Shown: one piece after another, positions 31,009 through 42,222 of the stretch
How the letters are laid out: the number at the start of each line of letters is the position of its first letter
Numbering within the stretch: the first letter of the stretch is position 1
Virus record (IMG/VR): IMGVR_UViG_3300037067_007160
Location: 32,001 to 96,000 of that record
Origin: a virus
Lineage: Duplodnaviria > Caudoviricetes
Length of the DNA: 64,000 nucleotides
Direction: 5' to 3' (one strand)
The notes under the pieces: model-generated
The model's input: the letters and a program-made list of their open reading frames with translations, nothing else
Database searches by the model: none
Told to the model about the DNA's origin: nothing
Made by a program: the position numbers and the translations under genes

Positions 31009-32567
31009 TGCCAACACTATTATCTATAGCAAATACTGAACCATGGTTTAGAGGTGAACATCCATCAAACGAAAAGATGAATGTTCAGATAGGAGATATT
31101 AGTAGTATATGTACAGCAAATATACTATCTCTAGATTCTTACCATCGCTTATTACTACAAGGAAGTTCTGGTGGAGTACATCAAGCAACAATACCTTTTA
31201 TTAATAGTAGTGCACCAACTAGATGGACAAGAAGTATAACAGTATCTACAGATAAACTGCTTAGAGTAACAAGTGGTGCCGGAACAGCTACGGGTGGATC
31301 ATGGACAGTATCTGGTATGATAGTGGCAGCAGATGGAGCCCATAACCATAGTGTAACTTCACATACACATACCATGTCACATACTCATACTTATTCTCAT
31401 AGCCATAATACACAAGGTCATGTCCATGATGCATCACACTATCATATTACTGACACTACATATTCTATTTTCTCTGGTGGTCCTTCTTCTGCTGTTGGAA
31501 CCAGTATTGTTGTTGGTTCCTTGTATACCCTATCTTACCATGCCCATACTGGTGGTCTTCATAATCATACTACAAGTACTGCTAGTTTCTCTACTAGTGG
31601 TCCATCCACAAATCTTATTTCAACCGAAGATGTTGTAAGTGGAACAGCATCTTCTAGTAGTGGAGCTACATCTGGAACAACAGATAATGCAGCTACCCAC
31701 ACGCATACCTTTTCATATGCTCCATCCTGGAAACCGTCTTATCTAACTACTATTATTTGCACAAAAGATGATGATACTACATTAACAGCAGTAACACCTA
31801 GTCAGAGATGGACTACTAGAGAGCAACCTACTTCAACAAAAATGAATCAGGAGATTACAAATAGATTTAATCTTAATATATCTAATCATCAAATATTAAA
31901 TACTAATGTAAGTATGTTACTACAAGGAACAGCTGGTGGTACAGAACAGGCAAAGCTACTATTTGCTCTTTCTAGCGCACCAACAGGATGGACACGTATA
32001 AACACTCATAATGATAAATTAGTAAGGATAGCTGATGGCATTGAAGCTGGTGGCCTTACTGGTGGTCTATGGACAATATCCGGTTATACTATTGATAGTA
32101 GTGGTGCGCATACCCATTCACTCGCTAGCCACGTACATAATATAGAACATGGTCATGGAGCTGGTACAAGCCATAGACATACTATTATTGATCATACACA
32201 TACACTTCCATCCCATGGTCATAATATAGCAGCAGCTGCCGCTTCATCCACGGGATATGCCCCTGGTTATTTTAATGGGACTCCTGGAGCTGGAGATATA
32301 TCATCAGCAGCAAGTAGTGCACATACTCATGCTATACCAGCGCACGCACATAGCACATCATCTGGTTCAGCCATACTACCAACACTAGGCAGTGGAACAA
32401 GTTATACTAGTTATGATCTACTTAATATATCGGCACTTGGAGCAACTAATAGTGCTATAGCATCTCCAGACCTAACAGGATCTAGTGGTAGCCATACTCA
32501 TACAGCAACGCACGACTCGTCCTGGCGCCCACGTTATCTCAATGTAATAGAGTGCTCCAAGGACTAA
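31008..32567 (+). CDS. His-rich tail fibre protein with two tandem collar/needle units
   Basis: Two copies of SAPT(R/G)WTR..GG.WT.SG..HxH..W(K/R)P.YL..I.C.KD. Confidence 0.7.
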   Translation: MPTLLSIANTEPWFRGEHPSNEKMNVQIGDISSICTANILSLDSYHRLLLQGSSGGVHQATIPFINSSAPTRWTRSITVSTDKLLRVTSGAGTATGGSWTVSGMIVAADGAHNHSVTSHTHTMSHTHTYSHSHNTQGHVHDASHYHITDTTYSIFSGGPSSAVGTSIVVGSLYTLSYHAHTGGLHNHTTSTASFSTSGPSTNLISTEDVVSGTASSSSGATSGTTDNAATHTHTFSYAPSWKPSYLTTIICTKDDDTTLTAVTPSQRWTTREQPTSTKMNQEITNRFNLNISNHQILNTNVSMLLQGTAGGTEQAKLLFALSSAPTGWTRINTHNDKLVRIADGIEAGGLTGGLWTISGYTIDSSGAHTHSLASHVHNIEHGHGAGTSHRHTIIDHTHTLPSHGHNIAAAAASSTGYAPGYFNGTPGAGDISSAASSAHTHAIPAHAHSTSSGSAILPTLGSGTSYTSYDLLNISALGATNSAIASPDLTGSSGSHTHTATHDSSWRPRYLNVIECSKD

Positions 32568-32568
32568 T

Positions 32569-33042
32569 ATGAAGGAACTTGATACTATAGACGTTACTCT
32601 ACCAGTCGATCCTGGCCATCCTATAACAGCAAAGTGCGGTCAGATAAATAAGGCATACTGGACTACATTTCATAAAGGAACTGATTTTGGAGCAAAAAGA
32701 GGCAAGAAAGGGAATATAATACCTATGGATGGAAGTCCTATCTACTCGGCTACTCCAGGGATAGTTCAAATACTTGGAAATGATCCAGCTGGTCTACTTG
32801 GACTTAGAGCATGGATACTATGGAAGATGCCTAATGGGCAACAGATAAGATGTGGTTACTTTCATCTTTCTAAAACGATGCTAAATCTAAATCAGATTAT
32901 AACAGAAGGACAATTGATAGCCCTATCTGGTCATAGTGGTACAAGAAGGGATGGAACTCCAAATCCATCACATCTACACTTTCAGGTAGAGACATGGCCA
33001 GATAGATTAGTTTTGTGTCCAAGATTCAAAACAAAGGCATAG
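32569..33042 (+). CDS. M23 family metallopeptidase (peptidoglycan hydrolase)
   Basis: HKGTDFG (HxxxD), YFHLS, SGHSG, HLHFQV (HxH). Confidence 0.9.
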   Translation: MKELDTIDVTLPVDPGHPITAKCGQINKAYWTTFHKGTDFGAKRGKKGNIIPMDGSPIYSATPGIVQILGNDPAGLLGLRAWILWKMPNGQQIRCGYFHLSKTMLNLNQIITEGQLIALSGHSGTRRDGTPNPSHLHFQVETWPDRLVLCPRFKTKA

Positions 33043-33051
33043 GGAGGAAGT

Positions 33052-33456
33052 ATGTCTGATAGAAAAGAAATGTGGTGTCCATTGATGAACTCTATGTGTA
33101 TTGATGGATGGACAGAAACAATGGGTAAGAAAGGCGTATTTGGGAAGAAGAATGGGCCTGATCCAAGATGTCGATTCTGGATTAAACTAAGTGGTAAGCA
33201 TCCACAAGAAGACAAGATGATCGACGAATTCGATTGTGCTATGGCATGGTTACCTACCCTTCTAGTAGAACAGTGCCGGCTTGAGAATAGTACTGGCGCA
33301 GCAGTAGAGAGTCTTAGAAATAGGACAGCAGATGTGGCTGGCGCTCTAACGCAGATGTCAACAACTATAGCCTCTAAACCTGTTGTTATGCTTAATGGGC
33401 CAGCAATTGATGTGACCACTCAGGAAAAGTTGGAACATAAGGAAAAGACAGAATGA
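33052..33456 (+). CDS. tail-fibre-associated Cys-containing protein
   Basis: CPL..CI..CRFW..G.HPQ..CAMAWLP.LLVE..GAAVES.RN pattern recalled from phage fibre loci. Confidence 0.5.
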   Translation: MSDRKEMWCPLMNSMCIDGWTETMGKKGVFGKKNGPDPRCRFWIKLSGKHPQEDKMIDEFDCAMAWLPTLLVEQCRLENSTGAAVESLRNRTADVAGALTQMSTTIASKPVVMLNGPAIDVTTQEKLEHKEKTE

Positions 33457-35798
33457 CATTTGGTGTAAAATACCAATCATCGCCATCAACTAGATCTGTA
33501 TCAATAGGTGACATAAGCGTTGCTTATGAACCTCTTGTTATTGATTTCTCTAGTACATATGATAATAATCAGGAGTCTTCTATATCTGTAAATGGATATA
33601 GTGTCTCTGGTGGCTCTGTTAATATATCTGGTGTGGTTGGAAACTTTGTCATAACAGATAAGACTCTACCAGATGGAACATTTCTATTCTATGAGTATCA
33701 ACCACTCTATGATGTAGCATCTTCTGGTTTCATAGTTAATGATGAGGATGGCCTGCCTGTTCCACATAAGATACAGTATGGTTATATAGAAACAGCTAGT
33801 TTATCAAAGGTAAACTTCAAACTATCTGATCATACTGAGGTTGATTATGATACATTAAGTGGTCATAGTGAAGTTGGCCTTCCATCTAACTCAGGTGCAT
33901 TCGTATTTGCGCCCGTTCCAACTGTTTCAGGTCCAGCTGCTGCTCTTGGCTATGCAACTCATAGTGACTCACTTGCCGCTGGTCAGTTCCTATTTACTGA
34001 GATGGCAGATGGTGAATTTCCATCATCAGGAATGTTAGACTTTACTTTCTTATCAGAGAGTGATTCAACATATAGACAGTCTATATTTGCTGATGATTGG
34101 TCTGTTACAATAGGTAGTGGTATGGTTGGACTAACAGTTGATGGAACAAGCGCCGGAACAGTAGGAATAGTGCAGGATGCCTGGTATAGGGGGCAGCTTC
34201 TATATAATGAGAATCTAACGAGACTTACTGTCCTACGAGCTGCTAGTAGTGGTATGTTGGAGATAGCATCACCTATTCAACCATCTGGTTTTGTCATCGA
34301 CTGTGAAGATCTCTATATGAATCAGGTGGCCCTCTATAATACACCACCTACATATGATTGGAATAAACCTATTATATGTCCACGTTACCATCAAAGTCTA
34401 CGATGGCAAGACTATCCTATTGATAATATAGCACCATATAGAGTAAGGATACTTACTGAGGATAACGCACCAGCAAAGCTTACATATGATGCCTATTTTC
34501 CAGATGGAACAATACAACAAAATAGAAAGGAACCAATGAATTTTGTTCCTATCTACAAGGAGTCAGATACTGAGACAAATGATTGGTCTATCAGTGGAAG
34601 TACACTACTTCTTACTGGTCCTATTGCTAGCGCATCAGTCATATATCTTAAGCCACTATTTGATGGTTTTATATCGGTCGATGTGATAGATAATCATGTT
34701 GTTGTAATGAACGGTTCATTCAAATCAAGTCCATACGATTCTACCACGGGAAAATACACATATGAGCTATTAGAATACGAAGATCTAATGCCATTTGAAA
34801 CTGATAATCAAGGATATGTAAGTCCAAGATGTCTTAAAGAATCAAAATATAAGGCACAGGTTCTATCAGCCTATAGTATCAAGGTTCTTCCTCTTGTAAT
34901 ATATGAAGGAAGATATCCAAACTATGTCCCATCTCTCATTGAGGATATACAGAAGAGTGTGTCCAATGGTGTTGTTACAAGCACAATTGGCGATCTTGAA
35001 CAAGTTACATGGAGAAATACAAGAGGAATAAGAGTCTACGTAAATGAATATCAACTTCCACAAACTGCTATCGTCGGTTTTGATTTTAATCAAGGTATCA
35101 TCTATCTAAACACACCAATAGTACCAGACGATAACGTTCAGGTAAGTGTTCTTAGGAAAGCTACATATTATATATGTAACTATCCAAGACTAAGGCCAGA
35201 GATAGTATCTGGTAATTCATGGAGAATATACCTTAGAAGTAATTATCCTAACTACTTCCTTGATAATCCAGCTGATACGCTGGAAAGACTGGCCTATAGA
35301 CAGCTTACGAATGGTTATCCAACAGGATTTATGAGATGCTGCACTAGTAATCAAGTTGTTACTGATATAGCAGGAACAATACAACTTGCTGATATCTCTC
35401 TAGTTCCAACAATGACGTTTACGGACATAAGATTGTTTGGTGGTGGAATAGTTACTGATTCAGAATTTGAGTCAAAGCAAAATAGGGAAAATAAACATAA
35501 AGCATCGCCATTCTATACTGATATTGCGAGAGTCCATGCTCCACAACCTGGCACCTTTAGCGATCATATGCCTTGGCCTATGATTATTGTGAAGATTCCA
35601 ACATCTGTTCGAACTGATATTGAAACAAGATTTAGCACCACAGATCTAGCTTTGGCCTATATCAAGAAGACAATAGAGAAACATCTTGCTCTTGGTACAT
35701 ACTACATAATAGTTGATGAGAATAATGATCTGTGGGATAAACCATTTCCGACAACAGATCTTAGGAATAAGTCAGTTGGTATGGAGCTTCCTTTATGA
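33453..35798 (+). CDS. large virion structural protein
   Basis: 781-aa coupled ORF; DIRLFGGG and KHLALGTY near C-terminus. Confidence 0.6.
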   Translation: MTFGVKYQSSPSTRSVSIGDISVAYEPLVIDFSSTYDNNQESSISVNGYSVSGGSVNISGVVGNFVITDKTLPDGTFLFYEYQPLYDVASSGFIVNDEDGLPVPHKIQYGYIETASLSKVNFKLSDHTEVDYDTLSGHSEVGLPSNSGAFVFAPVPTVSGPAAALGYATHSDSLAAGQFLFTEMADGEFPSSGMLDFTFLSESDSTYRQSIFADDWSVTIGSGMVGLTVDGTSAGTVGIVQDAWYRGQLLYNENLTRLTVLRAASSGMLEIASPIQPSGFVIDCEDLYMNQVALYNTPPTYDWNKPIICPRYHQSLRWQDYPIDNIAPYRVRILTEDNAPAKLTYDAYFPDGTIQQNRKEPMNFVPIYKESDTETNDWSISGSTLLLTGPIASASVIYLKPLFDGFISVDVIDNHVVVMNGSFKSSPYDSTTGKYTYELLEYEDLMPFETDNQGYVSPRCLKESKYKAQVLSAYSIKVLPLVIYEGRYPNYVPSLIEDIQKSVSNGVVTSTIGDLEQVTWRNTRGIRVYVNEYQLPQTAIVGFDFNQGIIYLNTPIVPDDNVQVSVLRKATYYICNYPRLRPEIVSGNSWRIYLRSNYPNYFLDNPADTLERLAYRQLTNGYPTGFMRCCTSNQVVTDIAGTIQLADISLVPTMTFTDIRLFGGGIVTDSEFESKQNRENKHKASPFYTDIARVHAPQPGTFSDHMPWPMIIVKIPTSVRTDIETRFSTTDLALAYIKKTIEKHLALGTYYIIVDENNDLWDKPFPTTDLRNKSVGMELPL

Positions 35799-37321
35799 AA
35801 TTGTTAGAAAATGTGACAACAGTCTTCGATGATAGCCTTATCTTTCTTATCCAGAAGTATCTTGAGAAGAAAGTAAGAAGTGGTGAAATCATCTGGAATG
35901 ACTCATATAATATGCTTCTTGATATTGCAGCTAAGAAGCTGACAGGATCAGTAGCCCTCGACTATCAAGAAAAACATGGGAAGATTAATCGGGATGGAAT
36001 ACTAAACGATCTTGAACTTGCCAGTCTTTTCATGCAGGCTCTTAATCTAGAGTCAAAGAACATAGATAGGATTCTTGGAACACACGAGCTTCTTAGGAAG
36101 GATAATGTTCGCATCACAACAGATATTAAGAGACGCTATTTGGATATTATCAATCACTCCATCCAAGAGTTTAAGACAACAAATATTGTTGTAAAAGACG
36201 GCATGATACGACTATTTCCAATAATCTCGCAGACATTCTCTCCAAGAGATGTTAATGTATCATATATTCCTAGTACATACGTCGAAAGAATAGGTAATGA
36301 TCCAACAGTCGATAACATATCGGCAGGAACTGATGCCGGATACTGGGAAGCTACGATTTTCACGAAGAACCAATCTCCCGTATCTGCTGTTATAGAACTA
36401 GACTACGTAAATACAATAACATTCAATAGACTAAAGATAAATAGCTCTGGTAAGTTTCCGATAACTATAACAAATATGGAGATATATCAGAATGGTGAGT
36501 ATATTAGTATTCATTCTGATGATGAGACATCAAAATACATTAACATCGTCTATCCTACTACTTATCAGACGTCTAAGGTGAGACTGACTCTTACACAGAC
36601 GATTGGGCAGTTCAAATGGTGGACTATAATAGATAATAAGGAAAGGCTCATAGACGATGATAGACGAGATGATGCTATTAATGAATCAACAAGAGATTCA
36701 ATAGAAAAGATAGAATATATGCCTATTATTAAGAAGAAGATAAATAATATTTATGAATATGCAATTGGTGCATATAATATACTTCTCTTCTTAGACATAT
36801 ATAGTGGAAGTAATAATGGAACATTCTATAGTAGAAAGTTTACATCAACAGATCCAATAGAGAGTGTCGAACTTTCGGATGAGATTATTGAATATAAACC
36901 TGGTACTAGTAGTATCAGTTACAGTATTATCCAACAAGATGGATCCAGAGTTCCTATATCTCCAACTCAAGCTGTGCCAATAACAAAGATATTTACTAAA
37001 ACTCAAACGTTGAGTAATGGTGTATCAAACTGGGTTGAACTTTCTTCTGCTCCACTAAAGAGCAATATAATAGTGGCAGTCAATGGTGAGATAGCCACTC
37101 AGGTAACTCAGTATAGTGGAACTGGTGCTCTAGAGTTCATAATATCTGGAAAGAAACTATACTTTAATGTTCCCATCGAAAAGAAGAGTGTTACCGCATC
37201 CTATACTCATAAAACGGACTATTTCATAATGGAGATACTCATTAATAATAATACAGATGAGAATCAGTTTGATACACCTAGCATAGAAAATTTTGAGGTA
37301 AAAATAAATGGATCTGCTTGA
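35795..37321 (+). CDS. virion structural protein
   Basis: Helical N-terminus plus beta-rich discoidin-like region; ends TP.I..F like its neighbours. Confidence 0.6.
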   Translation: MKLLENVTTVFDDSLIFLIQKYLEKKVRSGEIIWNDSYNMLLDIAAKKLTGSVALDYQEKHGKINRDGILNDLELASLFMQALNLESKNIDRILGTHELLRKDNVRITTDIKRRYLDIINHSIQEFKTTNIVVKDGMIRLFPIISQTFSPRDVNVSYIPSTYVERIGNDPTVDNISAGTDAGYWEATIFTKNQSPVSAVIELDYVNTITFNRLKINSSGKFPITITNMEIYQNGEYISIHSDDETSKYINIVYPTTYQTSKVRLTLTQTIGQFKWWTIIDNKERLIDDDRRDDAINESTRDSIEKIEYMPIIKKKINNIYEYAIGAYNILLFLDIYSGSNNGTFYSRKFTSTDPIESVELSDEIIEYKPGTSSISYSIIQQDGSRVPISPTQAVPITKIFTKTQTLSNGVSNWVELSSAPLKSNIIVAVNGEIATQVTQYSGTGALEFIISGKKLYFNVPIEKKSVTASYTHKTDYFIMEILINNNTDENQFDTPSIENFEVKINGSA

Positions 37322-38906
37322 GAAATTTGCCGAGGATGCAAAAAGGTATATGATAACAAGGCCAGAGGGTCGTAATAGAACCCTACTTGGAATCCTTAAT
37401 GCTTTGGCTGAGTTTGAGAAGAGAATAGATGAGGCTAGAGTTGCTGACATACCAAATATTGATGAAGATACAATACCTATGTCGGCCGAGTATAATGACA
37501 CAGTTCAGATGATAATGGACGATCTTAATTCTATAAGGATCCATCAAATATATATAATATCTAATCTCCTTACATCATGGAATGAAATTGAGCAAGTAAT
37601 TTCTTCGGAAGAGGAAGAGACAACAGTCGATAGAGAATTTTCCCTCTTCTCAACAATGGCAGCTGTAAATGGGCATACAACGCTTGGTGTAAAGGTATCG
37701 CAATCTGCGATACAACAACTTAAGGAGCCTCCAAAGCTTACAGCAGCATGCTCTGACTCTACGGTAGTTCCAATTTATGGAAAGAGTTATGGCCTATATG
37801 TTAAAGGAAATGAGACAGGAGAAGATGGAGTTAGACCAGACGATAATGATGGCACAAAGATAATCGACAATAAAGATACTTTCTGGGAGGCAGAAGCTGT
37901 AACTCTTCAAGAGAAGATGGACGATGACACATATAGTCCCCAGATAACGAATACGAATGAGATATCACTATCAGTAAACATAACATGCGTATTCAAAGCG
38001 CCCATTAATATCAACTTCTTTAGTATAGATCCACATGCCTTTGCTCAGAGTAACTACTATGATATAACATCAATCAATGTAATATCCGGAGCTACTACAA
38101 TTCCTGTCCTTACAGATTTGGTTACTGTAACAGGTAAGACTAGAGTAACATTCAATACGACTATGGCGAATGCTATTCAAGTATCTCTTCTACAGAATAA
38201 GGGATATTATCAAAAGTACAGTCTAGCAAAGTATAGCATAGGAAATAATTCACTATGGATAGATATAACAGGACCACATCTTATAGAGAAGATAGGAGTA
38301 AAGACGGGAGATATAAACAAGGTCGTGAGAGAACAGATAGAAGATGCTAATGAGTGGATAGCATCTATCTGGATGCCAGATGCGCCAACCTCAGAGTCTG
38401 CAGTTCTTGACTATCTAGCAGGTGATGAAGGATATATGAGGATAGACTCTTCAGAGAGTAAGAGAAAGAGATGGGCTATTGGAATACAAGAAATTGATTT
38501 TGGTGAAGAACTCTACGAAGATGTATCAGAAGTTGTTAGCCTTCCATATGATATGCCAGATGAAACAACATCTGTCTATGTTCTAGCTGACGAGGATGTA
38601 CCTAGTGGAACTGAGATTATATATATGCTCTCATTTGATGATGGTGCTACATGGTCTGAGATCCTTCCACTAAATAGTAAACCTAAGTTAAAGGATACTG
38701 GCTATCTTATCCCCCAGAGAATCTATATCAATAATGATCTATCATTTACAAGGAAGCAAAATAGTCTTACGGGAATTGATGGATTTGTAAATACGCCAAA
38801 TAGAAAACTAAGGACAAGGGCTATCCTAAAGAAGGGGGAGACATCCTCGAACACGCCACGGATTAAAAGTCTATTGCCAGTGTTCGACACGTCTGTGCCA
38901 ACATGA
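37308..38906 (+). CDS. virion structural protein
   Basis: Same architecture as neighbours (FWEAE, SFDDGATW, NTPRIKS). Confidence 0.6.
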   Translation: MDLLEKFAEDAKRYMITRPEGRNRTLLGILNALAEFEKRIDEARVADIPNIDEDTIPMSAEYNDTVQMIMDDLNSIRIHQIYIISNLLTSWNEIEQVISSEEEETTVDREFSLFSTMAAVNGHTTLGVKVSQSAIQQLKEPPKLTAACSDSTVVPIYGKSYGLYVKGNETGEDGVRPDDNDGTKIIDNKDTFWEAEAVTLQEKMDDDTYSPQITNTNEISLSVNITCVFKAPININFFSIDPHAFAQSNYYDITSINVISGATTIPVLTDLVTVTGKTRVTFNTTMANAIQVSLLQNKGYYQKYSLAKYSIGNNSLWIDITGPHLIEKIGVKTGDINKVVREQIEDANEWIASIWMPDAPTSESAVLDYLAGDEGYMRIDSSESKRKRWAIGIQEIDFGEELYEDVSEVVSLPYDMPDETTSVYVLADEDVPSGTEIIYMLSFDDGATWSEILPLNSKPKLKDTGYLIPQRIYINNDLSFTRKQNSLTGIDGFVNTPNRKLRTRAILKKGETSSNTPRIKSLLPVFDTSVPT

Positions 38907-40612
38907 CATTTACTGAAGATTTTAATACCTCTATTAATGAACTAAAGACAACTATAGAAGAGCTTCATACTAGGTCGAAAGAGCAGGTCACGTCCTTTAT
39001 ACAGAAGAGTGGATCTTCCTATACCGAGCTTCTTAACATTCTCAAGAGAGATACCTTGCTCGAAGATACATTTGTTGATGGTAGCAAGATAGCAGAGATT
39101 GATCAGTTGTCCTATGATAGGGATGGTTGGACAAATAGTTTTGTTACAACCGAAGTTCCTTTTCTTAATGAATACTACACAAGTACGACTTATCCAATGA
39201 TCATGGATGGTGGTAGAATTATTCCAGGAAGTGATTTTTCCAAATTATTCCTTGATAGAGAAGGATTCTGGGGATACATGAAAGACGATGACATAAGTAC
39301 ACCATCTGAGTTTTCTCTAACTTTTAAGCTTAAGAATAACCAACCAGTAAGTGCAAATAGAATCTATCTTAGAACCAATAATATTCTTGACGTAGAGTGC
39401 TTCTATCGTCCTGATTTTGGAGAAGAGTGGGTCTCGCTTGGATCACGTGGTGGTAGACATCATGTATGGACAGCTCCTTTCGTTGGTGTAGAAATAAAAT
39501 TTTCTACTACTACGACAATGTTTGCTATATCATTCGTTGCCGTCTGTGAGGCCATATTTGCTAAGAGTGGTAGTTTTACGAGCACATACTACACAGTAGA
39601 TGACTTAAGAAAGCTTAGGATAGATGTTGATGCTGATATACCAGCTGGAACAAATATAAGAAAGTTTATAAACATAACAAACACAATACCAAACACAGTT
39701 CCTGACTCTGGTTGGATAGAATGGAATGGTGATGATGTTATAACACTCTCTACGATTGAGACGCTAGCTCCTGTAGAGAGTGGATATATTATACCAAGTG
39801 GTTACGTTCAGGATTCAATAGTTCTTAGGAAGGGCTATAGAGAATGGGATAATGTTACTGAAGTAGACTATCCACTAGTAACAGAGTCTATCGAACGCCT
39901 TGGTACAAACTATCTTGATATACCAGCTGGTTATATGGTCGTACAGGATGGTGTAGCATCAATGTTTATTGGGGATGGAGATAGTAGAACAAACTTTACA
40001 AAGGATGAAGACTATACAGTTACGTACAATACTGATGCTGATACTGTGCTTGTCACTAACATTCCTGGCGGAAGGTTAGATGGTATCTTAGAGCATCCAT
40101 ATGCTGAAATACGTATTAGAAAACCAATAAGCGTTGTCCAAAGAAGAACATTTGTCTATCTTGAGAATGATAATGACATAGTTGTTTCTATACCTACTCC
40201 AGGGATTACGCTTCGTTCTCTTCATATTGGTGATACCATAGAGAACGAAATAACTATTGAGAATATTGAGACTGGAGAATATACAATAGAAGGAAAAAGT
40301 GGGCTTACTCTAGTCGAGGTTGAAAACTTTGATTCGGTAAATGCTCCACAGATACTAAGCGTGTATGATTACTTTTCAAGTCGATACTGGTTAAGAGAGA
40401 GTGAAAGTATACCACCAGAGACTAACGAATATTATCTAGATCCAGCCGAGAGTGGATTCAAACTAGTGGCTATTGATACAAATTTATATCTTCGCTACCT
40501 AATACCAACAGACTATAACAATGTTGCTATCAGTTTCGAACTAGAAGGAACAGAACAGATAGCACCACTTCTTCGTGGTTATGAATTAACAAATACAATC
40601 GACAAAATTTAA
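38903..40612 (+). CDS. virion structural protein
   Basis: Coupled ORF, DADIPAGTNI, ends APLLRGYEL. Confidence 0.6.
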   Translation: MTFTEDFNTSINELKTTIEELHTRSKEQVTSFIQKSGSSYTELLNILKRDTLLEDTFVDGSKIAEIDQLSYDRDGWTNSFVTTEVPFLNEYYTSTTYPMIMDGGRIIPGSDFSKLFLDREGFWGYMKDDDISTPSEFSLTFKLKNNQPVSANRIYLRTNNILDVECFYRPDFGEEWVSLGSRGGRHHVWTAPFVGVEIKFSTTTTMFAISFVAVCEAIFAKSGSFTSTYYTVDDLRKLRIDVDADIPAGTNIRKFINITNTIPNTVPDSGWIEWNGDDVITLSTIETLAPVESGYIIPSGYVQDSIVLRKGYREWDNVTEVDYPLVTESIERLGTNYLDIPAGYMVVQDGVASMFIGDGDSRTNFTKDEDYTVTYNTDADTVLVTNIPGGRLDGILEHPYAEIRIRKPISVVQRRTFVYLENDNDIVVSIPTPGITLRSLHIGDTIENEITIENIETGEYTIEGKSGLTLVEVENFDSVNAPQILSVYDYFSSRYWLRESESIPPETNEYYLDPAESGFKLVAIDTNLYLRYLIPTDYNNVAISFELEGTEQIAPLLRGYELTNTIDKI

Positions 40613-40639
40613 GATAGTGATATAATTAAAGAGGAAGAC

Positions 40640-40855
40640 ATGGGAATTCGATCATTTAGAATCAATTTTAGGACAAGAGCTGGGGTAGATCCATTCCTAT
40701 GGAATCAATTCTGGAACAATCTCGAAGAAGATCTAAATGATATCATAGGAAGTGGGGCAGAACCTATTCTAGATGAAGATCTTGGTGTGCCTGACTTTCT
40801 GGATCTCTATGATATAGCAGTATCAGGAATGGCAGGTAAGGAGAGCTACGATTAG
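40640..40855 (+). CDS. small virion-associated protein
   Basis: RBS GAGG; preceded by TCGACA-16-TATAAT. Confidence 0.6.
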   Translation: MGIRSFRINFRTRAGVDPFLWNQFWNNLEEDLNDIIGSGAEPILDEDLGVPDFLDLYDIAVSGMAGKESYD

Positions 40856-41882
40856 GATAAGAAACTATACAGTTAGCGATACAAGTCAACTGACATCGGA
40901 ACTTCTCAATAATATAACCGATGACTTTAGTGGCGCCATGGCAGAAGCCTATCTTGAACTACGTGATCTAAAGATAAGGAATGCTGCCTTTCGTAGTGCA
41001 TCTAGCCTATCAATGGACTATCTAATAGGAAGGATCAACGCCCTTCCTAGTACATTGACGGGACTAAAGATTAGTGCATATAATCCAGTCGTTTCATCAA
41101 CCGGGATTCAGCTGGATAATGTATATGGTCAGTTGACTCTTGAGGAGCAGGATAGAACAACCCACATACCAGTGGATGATGATAACTATGGAAACTCACG
41201 AGCGTTATCATCCGTTTCAATAGAGACAGGATCAACAGAGTCAAACTTCGCACCAAATGCTGATATTAGAGCTGTTATCGATGAAGAAGATGAGATATGG
41301 TGTGTGACGATGGCTGATGCTGATACAGACGCTGGTTCCATATGGATAAGGGTAGCTACTCCAGCGATAGCCCAGGTACCAAACTTTGTTGCCGTATATC
41401 CATTATCTGGAACGATAGTTGATACGATAAAGGTTAGACATACAAGTGGATATACGACATTTACACCATCTTCTGAATGGCCAATAAAGTATCATCAGAA
41501 CTTCTCAGACTACCAGAACGAGGTTAGAATCAAGCTAAATGGTGTAAGTAGTGGTAATGGAACCTATAAGTTTTCCCTTAAGAAGATAGAAATATATAGT
41601 GTTAGGTACGCATCAGAGGGAACCTTTACCTATCTAACGGAGGACGCATTTACTGATATAGCATCGGTGACTATCAATAGCTCATACTTCTATCCAATAG
41701 TCTCACAGAATGTTGGAATGTTACGGATTAGAGTCCTAACAAAGGACTCGAGTACGGTGCTCTACGATAGCTCAAGAGGGTCATCGGCGTTCGTTGTGCC
41801 TGCCGGACCAGAGCAAGTTGTCGTCGAGGGCACCCTCTATCGTACAGATGGGAATACGCCGTTTATAAGAACCATTACTTGA
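40848..41882 (+). CDS. virion structural protein (possible non-AUG start at 40848/40851; first ATG at 40938)
   Basis: Frame open from 40818; AAGGAG precedes ACG/ATT; ends NTPFIRTIT like paralogs. Confidence 0.6.
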   Translation, partial: TIRIRNYTVSDTSQLTSELLNNITDDFSGAMAEAYLELRDLKIRNAAFRSASSLSMDYLIGRINALPSTLTGLKISAYNPVVSSTGIQLDNVYGQLTLEEQDRTTHIPVDDDNYGNSRALSSVSIETGSTESNFAPNADIRAVIDEEDEIWCVTMADADTDAGSIWIRVATPAIAQVPNFVAVYPLSGTIVDTIKVRHTSGYTTFTPSSEWPIKYHQNFSDYQNEVRIKLNGVSSGNGTYKFSLKKIEIYSVRYASEGTFTYLTEDAFTDIASVTINSSYFYPIVSQNVGMLRIRVLTKDSSTVLYDSSRGSSAFVVPAGPEQVVVEGTLYRTDGNTPFIRTIT

Positions 41883-41922
41883 CACATGAAGAGGGTGCTA
41901 CTATATAGATTGGGAGGGTTTA

Positions 41923-42222
41923 ATGAGTGCTGGATATGTAACTATCGAGCAATTTGAAGATCTAAAAGCCACATTTAATGAGCTACATGAGCAGACACGG
42001 AAACTAATGAATGGACAGGCTATTGCTATAGATAGGAAGTTACAGACTTTGACGCGACAACTAGAGACATTTATGAGCAAGAAGCCCGATCCAACTATCA
42101 TTAGAGACGCATGGATCCGACAGATACCAAAGATAAGAGACGAGCTGAAGCTCATATCCATGGATATTGCTCAGCTGAAATCAGTAAGTGAAAAGAGAGG
42201 TAGCTCATGTCCTCAGAAGTAA
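41923..42222 (+). CDS. coiled-coil hypothetical protein
   Basis: RBS GGGAGG; resembles N-terminus of next ORF. Confidence 0.6.
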   Translation: MSAGYVTIEQFEDLKATFNELHEQTRKLMNGQAIAIDRKLQTLTRQLETFMSKKPDPTIIRDAWIRQIPKIRDELKLISMDIAQLKSVSEKRGSSCPQK

